The notes under the pieces: generated by a model
What the model saw: only the letters and a program-made list of their open reading frames with translations
Databases searched by the model: none
What the model was told of the DNA's origin: nothing
Made by a program: the position numbers and the translations under genes
In this document: piece after piece, positions 16,381 to 25,756 of the stretch
Position numbering within the stretch: position 1 is the first letter of the stretch
Layout of the letters: each line of letters begins with the position of its first letter
Virus record (IMG/VR): IMGVR_UViG_3300048029_000034
Location: 1-30,465 of that record
Direction: 5' to 3' (one strand)
DNA: 30,465 nt
Source of the DNA: a virus
Taxonomy: Duplodnaviria; Caudoviricetes

Positions 16381-17553
16381 ATGGCTCTTGTCCTAAACGA
16401 TAGGGTAAAAGAAACTACCACTTCTACTGGCACAGGCACCATAAATTTAGCAGGTGCTGAAACTGGTTTTGAAACTTTTGTAGCAGGTATTGGAAATTCT
16501 AATACTTGTTATTACACAATATCTCATCAATCGGCAAATGAATTTGAAGTCGGTTTAGGGACAATTACTGACGCTACTCCCGATACATTAGCAAGAACTA
16601 CAGTTATTAGTAGTTCTAATTCTGACTCTGCTGTAGATTTTTCCGCAGGAACTAAAGATGTATTTTGTACATTACCTGCAAGTAAAGCTGTATTTGAGGA
16701 TGCTTCTAATAATGTAGCGATTCCTTCTGGAGGGGTATCTGTTGGTGGTTCAAGCTTAGACCCATTATCTTTAACTTTTACAGGAACAGGTTTAGCTTTA
16801 AATGAAGATAGTGGTACTGCATTTTTTCAAATAGATAGTGGTAATGGTTCAAGAATAGACTTTGGAGTAGGTGGAACTAGAAATTTCCTTATTTATAGTG
16901 ATGCTAGTAATTATGCAGAATTTAAAAGAACAACTAACCACCCAATCCTTTTCGGCACAAATAATGCTGAAAGGATGAGAATTTTAGGCGGAGGAGGATT
17001 ACAACTTGCTGCAGGTAATAATATATCAAACGCTTCAGGAGATTTAACTTTAGATGTTGCAGGAGATATTATTCTTGATGCAGATGGAGAAAATATAATC
17101 TTCAAAGATGGGGGTACTGAAAGAGGTCAAATAGATTTAGGCTCAGCAAACTTTACACTTCGTGCTTCTACATCAGACAAAGACATGATATTTAGAGTCA
17201 ATGATGGTGGCTCTGAAATAGTAGCATTGACTATAGATGCGTCAGAGGCAGGAGCTGCAACTTTTAATAATAACGTCACAGCTTTCTCAGATGAAAGACT
17301 TAAAGATAATATTGAAACACTTGAAGATGGTTTAGATAAAGTAGAACAACTTAGAGGTGTCACTTACACCAGAGACGAAAAAGAAAACATAGGTGTTATA
17401 GCTCAAGAAGTAGAAAAGATATTACCAGAAATAGTATTAACAGCAGATGACGAAATGGGTACTAAGTCCGTAGATTACAGCAGATTAACAGCAGTATTGA
17501 TTGAAGCTGTAAAAGATTTATCAGCTAGAGTAAAAGAACTAGAGGATAAATAA
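16381..17553 (+). CDS. Tail fibre 1 with C-terminal intramolecular chaperone (peptidase S74)
   Basis: DRVKETT anchor domain, FGTNNAERMRI beta repeats, FSDERLKDNI...GVIAQEVE..LPE..SVDY plus terminal coiled coil. Confidence 0.92.
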   Translation: MALVLNDRVKETTTSTGTGTINLAGAETGFETFVAGIGNSNTCYYTISHQSANEFEVGLGTITDATPDTLARTTVISSSNSDSAVDFSAGTKDVFCTLPASKAVFEDASNNVAIPSGGVSVGGSSLDPLSLTFTGTGLALNEDSGTAFFQIDSGNGSRIDFGVGGTRNFLIYSDASNYAEFKRTTNHPILFGTNNAERMRILGGGGLQLAAGNNISNASGDLTLDVAGDIILDADGENIIFKDGGTERGQIDLGSANFTLRASTSDKDMIFRVNDGGSEIVALTIDASEAGAATFNNNVTAFSDERLKDNIETLEDGLDKVEQLRGVTYTRDEKENIGVIAQEVEKILPEIVLTADDEMGTKSVDYSRLTAVLIEAVKDLSARVKELEDK

Positions 17554-18332
17554 TGGCAATACCTGCAAGTGGTTCAGTGTCATTAAGTACAATACAAAGC
17601 GAATGGGGCGGTGGTAATCCTATTAGCATGAGTGAATACTATTCAGGAAGTTTGGCTAGTAATAGCTTAGTTTCTAGTACATCACCCACTGTAGCTACCT
17701 CAACTGGAAGTCAGTATTTTCCAGCAACACCAGGAAGCAAAGGTGTTCCAGGAACTGCTGCATATACCTCATACTATAGGCAGTACGGTTTTAAAAATAG
17801 CAATGTAACTACCATACCCTTAGGTGGTTTTGGCTCTGCTTCTGCAACGACTACTAAAGTAACTGGTATAGATCAAGTAGGAGAGGCAGGACAAATACCT
17901 TCTTCGGGAGCTATACAATTTAATCATTTTAGAGGAACAACTGGCTCTGGCACATCAACCAATCTGGTGATGTATGGATTTGTTTTATATCATGCTACTT
18001 CAACTCTTTCAGGAGGAAGTGCTTCGAGCGGTTTTGGAAATTATTCTCCATATCTTTGGGTATCAGGTCATCATGGAACTACTGGTACTTTAGGAAATAA
18101 CTGGTCTAATGTGCCTTTTCGTTATTTTGATACACCTGCTAAAAACGGAGCACCTGCAACAAGGTGGTATGGTTCAGATACTCATGTAAACAACAGTATT
18201 AATGTAGCAAAACAATACTGTTTTCATTATACCTATCCAAGTATAGGAGCTGTTACAGCATATAGTTATACAACTAATCAAAGCACAATGTTGACTATGT
18301 CGGGAACTTGGACTATTACGGTGCAATTCTAA
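17553..18332 (+). CDS. Putative fibre-tip adhesin 1 (gp38-analogous)
   Basis: TAATG-coupled to the fibre; MAIPASGSVSLSTIQSEWGGGNPISMSEYY N-terminus; G/S/T/Y-rich. Confidence 0.7.
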   Translation: MAIPASGSVSLSTIQSEWGGGNPISMSEYYSGSLASNSLVSSTSPTVATSTGSQYFPATPGSKGVPGTAAYTSYYRQYGFKNSNVTTIPLGGFGSASATTTKVTGIDQVGEAGQIPSSGAIQFNHFRGTTGSGTSTNLVMYGFVLYHATSTLSGGSASSGFGNYSPYLWVSGHHGTTGTLGNNWSNVPFRYFDTPAKNGAPATRWYGSDTHVNNSINVAKQYCFHYTYPSIGAVTAYSYTTNQSTMLTMSGTWTITVQF

Positions 18333-18565
18333 TGGTAAAAAAAGCAGAAGATATTATTTATTACGAAGAAACTGCGGGGGATGGTAATACATCGTATCGT
18401 TTCGATTATAGAGGTATTGCTATTCGTAAGCCAAAATCTATGTTCGATGGACAGACAGACTTACAAATTAAACAAGAATTTTTTAGACACATAAAACAAG
18501 AAAATATATATGATATATTTAGTGTTGACACTAACGCTAAAAAAGTTACAACGGAGGAGATCTAA
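18332..18565 (+). CDS. Small hypothetical protein (start revised from 18308 to ATG 18332)
   Basis: TAATG coupling at both ends. Confidence 0.65.
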   Translation: MVKKAEDIIYYEETAGDGNTSYRFDYRGIAIRKPKSMFDGQTDLQIKQEFFRHIKQENIYDIFSVDTNAKKVTTEEI

Positions 18566-19299
18566 TGACTGTAAGATTTGATTTTAATTGGATAGAAGAA
18601 ACCCATAAAATTATTGATGATGAGTTTCAAGTCACTGTTACTGTAGGAAACAAAGGAGATATACAAAGTCGAGATACTTTTGAAGAAGGATTGCTTTACT
18701 TTAGTGAGACTACTGCTGAAATAAAAGAACACATTCTTGACGAAGAAAGCTCTCATATTGTATATCGACCAAACCATTTTATTCTTATACAAGGCAAAAT
18801 CCAATCATGCCAAAGATGGTCGGAAGAGGATGGTATAGAAGCAAAGGACATTGAAAGACTCAAAGAAATTACTAAAAATGATAAAATTAAAAAAGGAGAA
18901 TACACAGAAAGCACAACTGAAGATGCCATAACTAATAGAGAGTTTTTAACTAGCTATAAATTTGGAGCAGACTTTGATGAAGCATATCCTCGATCAGCCA
19001 TGTGGCACTTAAACGGAAGATTTGCCAGTCAGACAGCCATGGAAGATGATACGAGGTTTCTTTGTTTTATGACTGAAAAGCCGGGATATAATTTAAAGCT
19101 TTTAGACATAGAGCCCGGTAAAACAAAAACTCTTTTGAAAGAAAATAATATTAATCATGTGTTTTTTTCTCAAGCTTGTTCTTTAAATCAACAATCTAAT
19201 TACGTAGATCAATATGATGTAAAAAAATTAACAAGCCCATCAATTGACATAACAAACGAATCTTCGGAAGTAGCCAGAATAGTTTCTATCACAAAGTAA
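18565..19299 (+). CDS. Acidic hypothetical protein, possibly degenerate cupin-like beta fold
   Basis: GGAGG RBS; 244 aa; the fold guess is weak. Confidence 0.6.
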   Translation: MTVRFDFNWIEETHKIIDDEFQVTVTVGNKGDIQSRDTFEEGLLYFSETTAEIKEHILDEESSHIVYRPNHFILIQGKIQSCQRWSEEDGIEAKDIERLKEITKNDKIKKGEYTESTTEDAITNREFLTSYKFGADFDEAYPRSAMWHLNGRFASQTAMEDDTRFLCFMTEKPGYNLKLLDIEPGKTKTLLKENNINHVFFSQACSLNQQSNYVDQYDVKKLTSPSIDITNESSEVARIVSITK

Positions 19300-19300
19300 A

Positions 19301-20074
19301 ATGTTTAATTTATTTACTTTTTTAAAATTGTCTAAATCAATTTTATTAAAAGATTCTTACGAACAAAGAGAATCACATCCAGAGGCCAGAGCAAGACTTT
19401 CAGAACTACAAGCTATGTATGCACAGCTGATGTTTATTACTAGAAAAAAAATGCGCAAAAACTTTACAAGCTCTCCTACAAGAATAAATATTGCTTTAGG
19501 ATTAGATTGGAATGATCCTAAGTATTGTAAAAAAAATATAATACCTAAAATATCTAGTATGAAATATTTAAGAAGTTTACCTCCTAATACTGCGGGTGGA
19601 CATCTTGCTAAATTTTTTAACAAGTGGACCTTTAATGATCTTTATAAAAATAGATTTGAAAAAGAAACTGCGGAAGCTGATATGCTTTCTGACGATAGAA
19701 TAAATACTTTAAGAAATAATGTTGGCAGACACATGATGCTAACGCACGATTTACACCACATATTATTTAAATATGATACTTCACCTTTCGGCGAAGCTTT
19801 AATACAAGGCACTACTTGGAAACAAGTAGACAATATAGGGATGTGGTATGTAGGTTTTTTAGTTACTTGCAGAATTGCTTGGCGATCAAAGTCATTCAAA
19901 CCTTTTTTAATATATAGAGAAGCCTGTAAGATAGCTGAAAAAGTAAACAAACATAATCTAATAGAACACTCTTTGCTATACTTTCTTGAAAAAGATGTAG
20001 ACCAAATTAGAAAAGAATTTGGTTTTGAAGAACCTATTAGATATTTAAAATGGATTAAACAAAACGAGGAGTAA
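19301..20074 (+). CDS. Coq4-family protein
   Basis: LRSLPPNTAG upstream motif and HDLHH-ILFKYDTSPFG-E, an exact HDxxH-x11-E Coq4 metal motif. Confidence 0.8.
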   Translation: MFNLFTFLKLSKSILLKDSYEQRESHPEARARLSELQAMYAQLMFITRKKMRKNFTSSPTRINIALGLDWNDPKYCKKNIIPKISSMKYLRSLPPNTAGGHLAKFFNKWTFNDLYKNRFEKETAEADMLSDDRINTLRNNVGRHMMLTHDLHHILFKYDTSPFGEALIQGTTWKQVDNIGMWYVGFLVTCRIAWRSKSFKPFLIYREACKIAEKVNKHNLIEHSLLYFLEKDVDQIRKEFGFEEPIRYLKWIKQNEE

Positions 20075-20076
20075 TT

Positions 20077-20202
20077 ATGGAAATAAAAGTTAGACTAATA
20101 ACGCTTATAGGTGGTTTTTTATCAGGAGTCATCATTACTGCAACGGCAGGATTTATTTATTATGAGCTATTACCGTTTGCAATGCACCTTGGAGTTATAT
20201 AA
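20077..20202 (+). CDS. 41-aa membrane peptide, absent from the ORF track
   Basis: GAGGAG RBS; MEIKVRLITLIGGFLSGVIITATAGFIYYELLPFAMHLGVI; fills the gap exactly. Confidence 0.75.
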   Translation: MEIKVRLITLIGGFLSGVIITATAGFIYYELLPFAMHLGVI

Positions 20203-20463
20203 ATGAAAATAAAGGAAAAATTATTTTACTTAATGCCTGTATTAAATACAGCTTTTACAGAAGGTAAATGGAATTTTCCTATAATTAAAAAAGTAAAAGA
20301 ATTTTATCAAAAACACGGTTTATTATTAACTATTGGTTGGATAGTTTTTATTGTAGTAGGAACTAAGATTGTATTTATTAATGGAACAATTTTTCTTTTA
20401 AATACTTTTTTAGGAACAGACATTGCTTATGGCCCTGTCTATCAATTTTTATCTGGTAATTAA
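20203..20463 (+). CDS. Small membrane protein
   Basis: GGAG RBS; hydrophobic stretch LLLTIGWIVFIVVGTKIVFINGTIFLLNTFLG. Confidence 0.72.
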   Translation: MKIKEKLFYLMPVLNTAFTEGKWNFPIIKKVKEFYQKHGLLLTIGWIVFIVVGTKIVFINGTIFLLNTFLGTDIAYGPVYQFLSGN

Positions 20464-21183
20464 ATGTTTGGAATAAGTGCATTTGCAGAATCACCTTTCG
20501 CTTCCCTAGCTGGAATCGGAGGTAATGTAAATGTATCTTTAATAGGACAGTCTGCGACTGGATCAGTAGGCACGACAACTTTTGTTTGTGTAGCTCACAT
20601 AAATCCTACAGGCCAAGGAGCAACTTCTGCGGTGGGAGGAGTAGGCATTACTGCTGGCGGAGATATAGGTGTTACTGGTCTTGCCATAACATCTGGCTTA
20701 GGCAGTCCAGCACTTACTGCAAATGCCATAGTTAGTGATTATGGAAATAATCCTGATGAACCTTTATCAGCACTAACAGGTGCAATAAGTGGTGTAGGTG
20801 TAAATGCTCAAGCTGTAGCAACTTTACCTAGTTTAAGCACAAGTGTTGGTTCGGTAGGAGTAACCGTAACCGGGGTAGCAAATGTTACACCAGCTGGGCA
20901 ATTAGGTACTTCTACTTTAGGAACGATTACACAAAGATCAAGTAATACTATTGTTTTGTCAGGATTTGGGTCAACTAGTGGTTTGGGAACCATAACATCA
21001 ATAGCTAAAGCAAATGTAACTATTGTTGGATTTGAAATAACAAGTGGATTATCCACAGTATTAGTTTGGTCTATGTTGGATGATTCTCAATCATCAAACT
21101 TTAGTGAAATAACAGAATCACAAACATCAAGTTTTAGTGAAATAACAGATACTCAAGATCCTAACTGGGAAGATGTGGCTTAA
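20464..21183 (+). CDS. Gly/Thr/Ser/Val repeat structural (fibre/whisker-like) protein
   Basis: MFGISAFAESPFA N-terminus; repeated G..atsxlG.v units; acidic repeat tail. Confidence 0.78.
   Translation: MFGISAFAESPFASLAGIGGNVNVSLIGQSATGSVGTTTFVCVAHINPTGQGATSAVGGVGITAGGDIGVTGLAITSGLGSPALTANAIVSDYGNNPDEPLSALTGAISGVGVNAQAVATLPSLSTSVGSVGVTVTGVANVTPAGQLGTSTLGTITQRSSNTIVLSGFGSTSGLGTITSIAKANVTIVGFEITSGLSTVLVWSMLDDSQSSNFSEITESQTSSFSEITDTQDPNWEDVA
21088..21170 (+). repeat. 33-bp imperfect tandem repeat encoding QSSNFSEITES/QTSSFSEITDT/QDPNW
   Basis: tttagtgaaataacaga occurs twice, 33 bp apart. Confidence 0.75.
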
Positions 21184-21220
21184 TGTTAATAATTTAATTA
21201 TAATTTAACGAGGTAAAAAC

Positions 21221-22387
21221 ATGGCAAGTACGTTTGATAATAATCTCAGACTTAGAGAAATGGGAACTGGTGATGAATCAGGTACTTGGGGTACTCGTAC
21301 TAATGAAAATCTTGAACTGATTGGAGAGGCTTTCGGTTATGGCACTGAAGCAGTTAGTGGTACAACGCACACAACAACAATAGCTAATGGATCTACTGAC
21401 CCTGGTAGAGCAATGTATCTTAAATACACTGGCGCTTTAGGCGCAAATTGCACGATAACTTTAGCGCCTAACACGATTTCAAAATTATGGTTTATTGAAA
21501 ATGCAACTACTGATTCAGGTAGTTCAGGACCATACAGCATTATTATATCTCAAGGATCTGGTGCAAATATCACTATACCAAATGGTAAAACTAAATTAGT
21601 TTATACAGATGGAGTTGGGTCTGGAGCTGCTGTAGTTGACGGTTTTGATAAAATAGATATAGGTGCTAATGCAACAAGAAACGGTGGCAGTTTTAGTGAT
21701 GTTACTGCAACTTCAACAACAACTTTTACCAATAAAACTTTTGATGCAGACGCAACAGGTAATAGTTTAACTAATGTAGAAGATGCCAATATTAAATCAG
21801 GTGCTGCAATAGATGCTACTAAAATAGCTGATGGCTCAGTAACAAGTACAGAGTTTCAATATATCAATACACTTTCATCTAACGCACAAACCCAAATAAG
21901 TGCAAAATTAAATTCAGCTTTACCTAATGATGCTTGGATTAGTTCCGCTGATGGCAGGAATAGACTTTATTTTACTTCAAACGCTAATACTGTAATGAAG
22001 TTTGATACTCAATGGCGAGTTGATAATAATTCTGGCTCTACTATGTTGAGTTGTGATACTAGCGGTAATTTTACAGCTACGGGTAACGTAGGTGCATATT
22101 CTGATATGGCGCTGAAAGAAGACATTTACCAAATAGAAAACGCTTTAGAAAAAGTAAATCAATTAAGAGGCGTTCACTTTACTCGTAAATCAAACAGCTC
22201 AAAAGAAATAGGAGTAGTAGCTAACGAAGTAGAGAAAGTGGTGCCAGAGCTAGTAGATGAACATGAAGACAAAGAGTTAGGCACAGTAAAAACTATGAAA
22301 TACGCTAATACAGTAGGACTACTTATAGAAGCAGTTAAAGATTTAAGTAAACAAGTAGAAGAACTGAAAAATGACTCTAGCAACTAG
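21221..22387 (+). CDS. Tail fibre 2 with C-terminal intramolecular chaperone (peptidase S74)
   Basis: GDESGTWGTRTNENL anchor, IDATKIADGSVT repeat, YSDMALKEDI...GVVANEVE..PELV plus coiled coil. Confidence 0.9.
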   Translation: MASTFDNNLRLREMGTGDESGTWGTRTNENLELIGEAFGYGTEAVSGTTHTTTIANGSTDPGRAMYLKYTGALGANCTITLAPNTISKLWFIENATTDSGSSGPYSIIISQGSGANITIPNGKTKLVYTDGVGSGAAVVDGFDKIDIGANATRNGGSFSDVTATSTTTFTNKTFDADATGNSLTNVEDANIKSGAAIDATKIADGSVTSTEFQYINTLSSNAQTQISAKLNSALPNDAWISSADGRNRLYFTSNANTVMKFDTQWRVDNNSGSTMLSCDTSGNFTATGNVGAYSDMALKEDIYQIENALEKVNQLRGVHFTRKSNSSKEIGVVANEVEKVVPELVDEHEDKELGTVKTMKYANTVGLLIEAVKDLSKQVEELKNDSSN

Positions 22388-23102
22388 CGGTAACTTAACT
22401 TTAAATCAAATACACATAGAAGCTGGAGGCTCCTCTGGTTCAGCATGCACAATAAACGATACTGATATTAGAGGCCTACAAGCAGGTGCTGGACAAACTA
22501 TAAATTCTAGTTCAGGCACTGCTATTGAAATAGGAGATTTTTATGGGGCTACTAATGATCCAAGAACTAGTTTAACAGGCTCTCCAAGTTTAACTGGTAC
22601 TCTAACAGTCGCAGAGAAATATTCTGTAATTTATATTGTTAACAGTCAATATACCACTAGACATAACGGTTATGTAAATTCAAATATAAATTTAGGAACA
22701 GATAGTGTAGGAAATAATGTTCAACCTATGGGTGCTTGGCTAAATAACTCTACTTGGATGGGAGCAACTGTAGCAGGATTTTATTCTAGCTATTCAAGTG
22801 CTGCATTTTTTGGCGGTGTTCCCACTGCCGTAACCTATACTTTTGCTTTAGATAATGCAGTTTATAATTCTGGTTGGACTTCTATTTCTCTATATCATCC
22901 TTACAGTAATTATAGTAATCCTTATGTATTTACAAGAGCTTCTGCAAATTATTCTTATTATACAGGCAGGACTATTTGGACTTGGACTTTAAACACGTAC
23001 ACTCCTTACAATGCCTCAGCTGGTCCTGAAAATTTAATATTGGGTTCTCCTAGAGTTAACTCGTATCAAAGTACAGATTATCAAACATTAACAATTGCAT
23101 GA
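22371..23102 (+). CDS. Putative fibre-tip adhesin 2
   Basis: Overlaps the end of fibre 2; MTLATSGNLTLNQIHIEAGG...IEIGDFYGA N-domain; Y/W/N/S-rich C-terminal part. Confidence 0.7.
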   Translation: MTLATSGNLTLNQIHIEAGGSSGSACTINDTDIRGLQAGAGQTINSSSGTAIEIGDFYGATNDPRTSLTGSPSLTGTLTVAEKYSVIYIVNSQYTTRHNGYVNSNINLGTDSVGNNVQPMGAWLNNSTWMGATVAGFYSSYSSAAFFGGVPTAVTYTFALDNAVYNSGWTSISLYHPYSNYSNPYVFTRASANYSYYTGRTIWTWTLNTYTPYNASAGPENLILGSPRVNSYQSTDYQTLTIA

Positions 23103-23114
23103 TATATTAAGGAT

Positions 23115-23249
23115 ATGGAAACTTTATTATGGATAATATTTGTATTAGTAGTTGGTAAAGCTTTATTAAAAGCTGTAGCTCCTTATGCAAATAAAACTTT
23201 AGACGATAAGTTAAAAGGGTATTGGGAAGATTTAAAAAGTTATTTTTAA
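23115..23249 (+). CDS. 44-aa single-TM peptide, absent from the ORF track
   Basis: METLLWIIFVLVVGKALLKAVAPYANKTLDDKLKGYWEDLKSYF; preceded by TG-a-TATATT (23100-23108) with a 6-nt gap. Confidence 0.7.
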   Translation: METLLWIIFVLVVGKALLKAVAPYANKTLDDKLKGYWEDLKSYF

Positions 23250-23260
23250 TTTAGATTGCA

Positions 23261-23611
23261 GTGGACGATCTAGTTAAAATAATTAACGAAGTAGGATTTC
23301 CAATAGCAGCAACTTTAGGTTTAGGATTTTTTCTTTGGAAACTTTTAAACAAAATCATTAATGGCATGGAACAAAAAATAGATGTAGTTGATGACAAGAT
23401 AAATGAAAGCATGGCAGCTATGGAAAAAAGACTAGATTCTAAATTAGACTCGCAAACGGGTATATTAATTCAGCTAATAGACAGAGTTAGATCTGTAGAT
23501 AATGAAATAATACGACAAGATGTTTTGTTAAAAACTTTGTTAAATGCGCCAGAGCTTATAGAGCCTGATAAATTATCTAAATCCGAAAGAGATGACAAAC
23601 GTAAAGATTGA
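23261..23611 (+). CDS. Membrane-anchored coiled-coil protein (holin-like)
   Basis: GTG start; EVGFPIAATLGLGFFLW TM segment followed by a coiled coil. Confidence 0.65.
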   Translation: MDDLVKIINEVGFPIAATLGLGFFLWKLLNKIINGMEQKIDVVDDKINESMAAMEKRLDSKLDSQTGILIQLIDRVRSVDNEIIRQDVLLKTLLNAPELIEPDKLSKSERDDKRKD

Positions 23612-23639
23612 TATAAAATGTAACGAAATATAAAAAAAC

Positions 23640-23849
23640 ATGGCAAGAACTACAGTAACAGAAATAGATAAAAGACTTAGCTCACATGAAGCAGCTTGTG
23701 AACAAAGATGGAGAGAAAATTACAGACGTTTAGATGCTATTGAACAAGGCATTACTTCAATAAACAAAAGTATAAGGAACAGTTTAATTTTTACCGTAAC
23801 GGTATTTTTAAGTGTTACAGCTTACTTAGCGCAACAAACTCTTTTTTAA
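23640..23849 (+). CDS. Small coiled-coil protein with C-terminal TM (XhlA/holin-like)
   Basis: HEAACEQRW, RLDAIE, C-terminal LIFTVTVFLSVTAYL. Confidence 0.7.
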   Translation: MARTTVTEIDKRLSSHEAACEQRWRENYRRLDAIEQGITSINKSIRNSLIFTVTVFLSVTAYLAQQTLF

Positions 23850-23866
23850 CAAGGTAGGTATTTAGT

Positions 23867-25756
23867 ATGCCTTACAATAAGATTTTATTTAAACCCGGAA
23901 TAGATAAAGAAGGGACCAGTCTTACCGCAGAGAATGGTTGGTTCGATGGCAATCTAGTTAGGTTTAGAAAAGGACTTCCAGAAAAAATAGGAGGTTGGGC
24001 AAAAAATTCTAGTTCTACTTTATTAGGAACTCCTAGAGCCTTACACGATTGGATAAAATTAGATGGTACAGATCTTTTAGGCCTTGGTACTACTTTTAAA
24101 TATTACATAAAAGAGGGATCTAATTTTAACGATATTACTCCTCTTAGGGAAACAACCTCTGCTGGCGATGCAACATTTGCTAAAGTTGGAAATAGCGACG
24201 CTACGATAACAGTTACTGAAAATGGACATGGAGCTTCAATTAATGATTTTGTAACCTTTAGTGGAGCTGCAAGTTTAGGGGGTAATATAACAGCAACTGT
24301 ATTAAATCAAGAATATCAAATTGCTAGTATTGTTGATGGTAATAGTTATACCATTGAAGCAAAAGATACTAGCGGCAACTCTGTTTTAGCCAATTCTTCT
24401 GATAGCGGAAATGGTGGTGGTAGCACAGTAGCAGCTTATCAATTAAATGTTGGATTAGATTCTTTTGTAGCTTCTACTGGTTGGGGTGCTGGAACTTGGA
24501 GTTCTAGTGGTTGGGGTTCTTCTACTCCTTTAGCAGCCAACAATACATTAAGAATATGGACTCATGATAATTTTGGCGAAGACTTAATAATAAATCCTAG
24601 AGCAGGTTCTTTATTTAGATGGGACGCTACCAATGGATTAACAACTAGAGCAGTAGAATTACAAAATATATCTGGAGCTAATTTAGTTCCGACTCGTTGT
24701 TTGCAAGTACTAACTTCTGATATTGATAGGCATTTAATTGTTTTAGGTTCTGATACTTTAAATGCAAATGGTACCGCAAGAACTGGCGTAATAGATCCAT
24801 TATTAATATCTTTTTCTGATCAAGAAAATTTATTGGAGTTTGAATCTAAAGCTACTAATACAGCTGGTTCAATAAGAATATCCTCTGGATCTTTAATAGT
24901 AGGGGCATTAAAAGCTAGGCAAGAAACTTTAATCTGGACTGATGTTTCAATGCACTCGCTACAATTTATTGGCGCTCCGTTTACTTTTGGAGTTAATTTA
25001 ATTAGTGAGAGTGTTGGTTTGATTGGGCCAAAAGCAGCAATAAATGCAGACAACGGAGCTTATTGGATGGCAGCAGATGGATTTTATTTCTACAACGGTT
25101 CTGTTCAAAGATTGCCTTGTTCTGTTTTAAATCATGTTTATGATGATATGAACTTAAATGAAGTTTACAAAAACTTTGCTTTTACTAATAGAGAATTTAA
25201 TGAAGTAGGCTGGTTTTATTGTTCTAGTTCATCTACTGAACCAGATAAATATGTAGTCTTTAATTACTTAGAACAGGTATGGAGCATAGGAGAATTAGCA
25301 AGATCCTCTTGGATTGATAGAGGTATATTTCAATACCCTATGGCAATTGGAAAAGATAGTAATTCTTTTTACTTATACGATCACGAAAATGGTAATGATG
25401 CTGATGGCTCGCCAATGGATAATGTTTTTATAGAGTCAGGAGATTTTGATTTAGAAGATGGCGATAAATTTATTTCAGTTAGAGAAATAATTCCAGATAT
25501 AAGATTTACCGGGAGCAATGGTAACGCAGCATTAAATGTTGTTTTAAAAACCAGAGACTTCCCAAATGATACACCGACAACAAAAGTTACCTCATCAATC
25601 ACTAACACAACAAAAAAAATAGATACTAGAGCAAGAGCTCGACAAGCGATTTATAGAATAGAGTCTGACGATGACAACGATGTGTCGGTAAGAAACGGTA
25701 TGGAGTTTAGATTAGGAGCAACTAGATTTAATTTTAGAGAAGACGGAAGAAGATAA
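23867..25756 (+). CDS. Tail nozzle/packaged-DNA stabilisation protein (P22 gp10/T7 gp12-like)
   Basis: 629 aa; KPGI, W.DG..VRFR.G.PEKIGGW N-terminus; propeller-like repeats; lies before the internal proteins. Confidence 0.75.
   Translation: MPYNKILFKPGIDKEGTSLTAENGWFDGNLVRFRKGLPEKIGGWAKNSSSTLLGTPRALHDWIKLDGTDLLGLGTTFKYYIKEGSNFNDITPLRETTSAGDATFAKVGNSDATITVTENGHGASINDFVTFSGAASLGGNITATVLNQEYQIASIVDGNSYTIEAKDTSGNSVLANSSDSGNGGGSTVAAYQLNVGLDSFVASTGWGAGTWSSSGWGSSTPLAANNTLRIWTHDNFGEDLIINPRAGSLFRWDATNGLTTRAVELQNISGANLVPTRCLQVLTSDIDRHLIVLGSDTLNANGTARTGVIDPLLISFSDQENLLEFESKATNTAGSIRISSGSLIVGALKARQETLIWTDVSMHSLQFIGAPFTFGVNLISESVGLIGPKAAINADNGAYWMAADGFYFYNGSVQRLPCSVLNHVYDDMNLNEVYKNFAFTNREFNEVGWFYCSSSSTEPDKYVVFNYLEQVWSIGELARSSWIDRGIFQYPMAIGKDSNSFYLYDHENGNDADGSPMDNVFIESGDFDLEDGDKFISVREIIPDIRFTGSNGNAALNVVLKTRDFPNDTPTTKVTSSITNTTKKIDTRARARQAIYRIESDDDNDVSVRNGMEFRLGATRFNFREDGRR

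Noticed and set aside
18308-18331. Track start (TTG) for the ORF ending at 18565
   Set aside because: The TAATG-coupled ATG at 18332 fits the coupling pattern used across the window better.
17553-23102. Diversity-generating retroelement or invertible tail-fibre switch between the two adhesins
   Set aside because: No near-identical TR/VR pair, reverse transcriptase, invertase or inverted orientation in the window.
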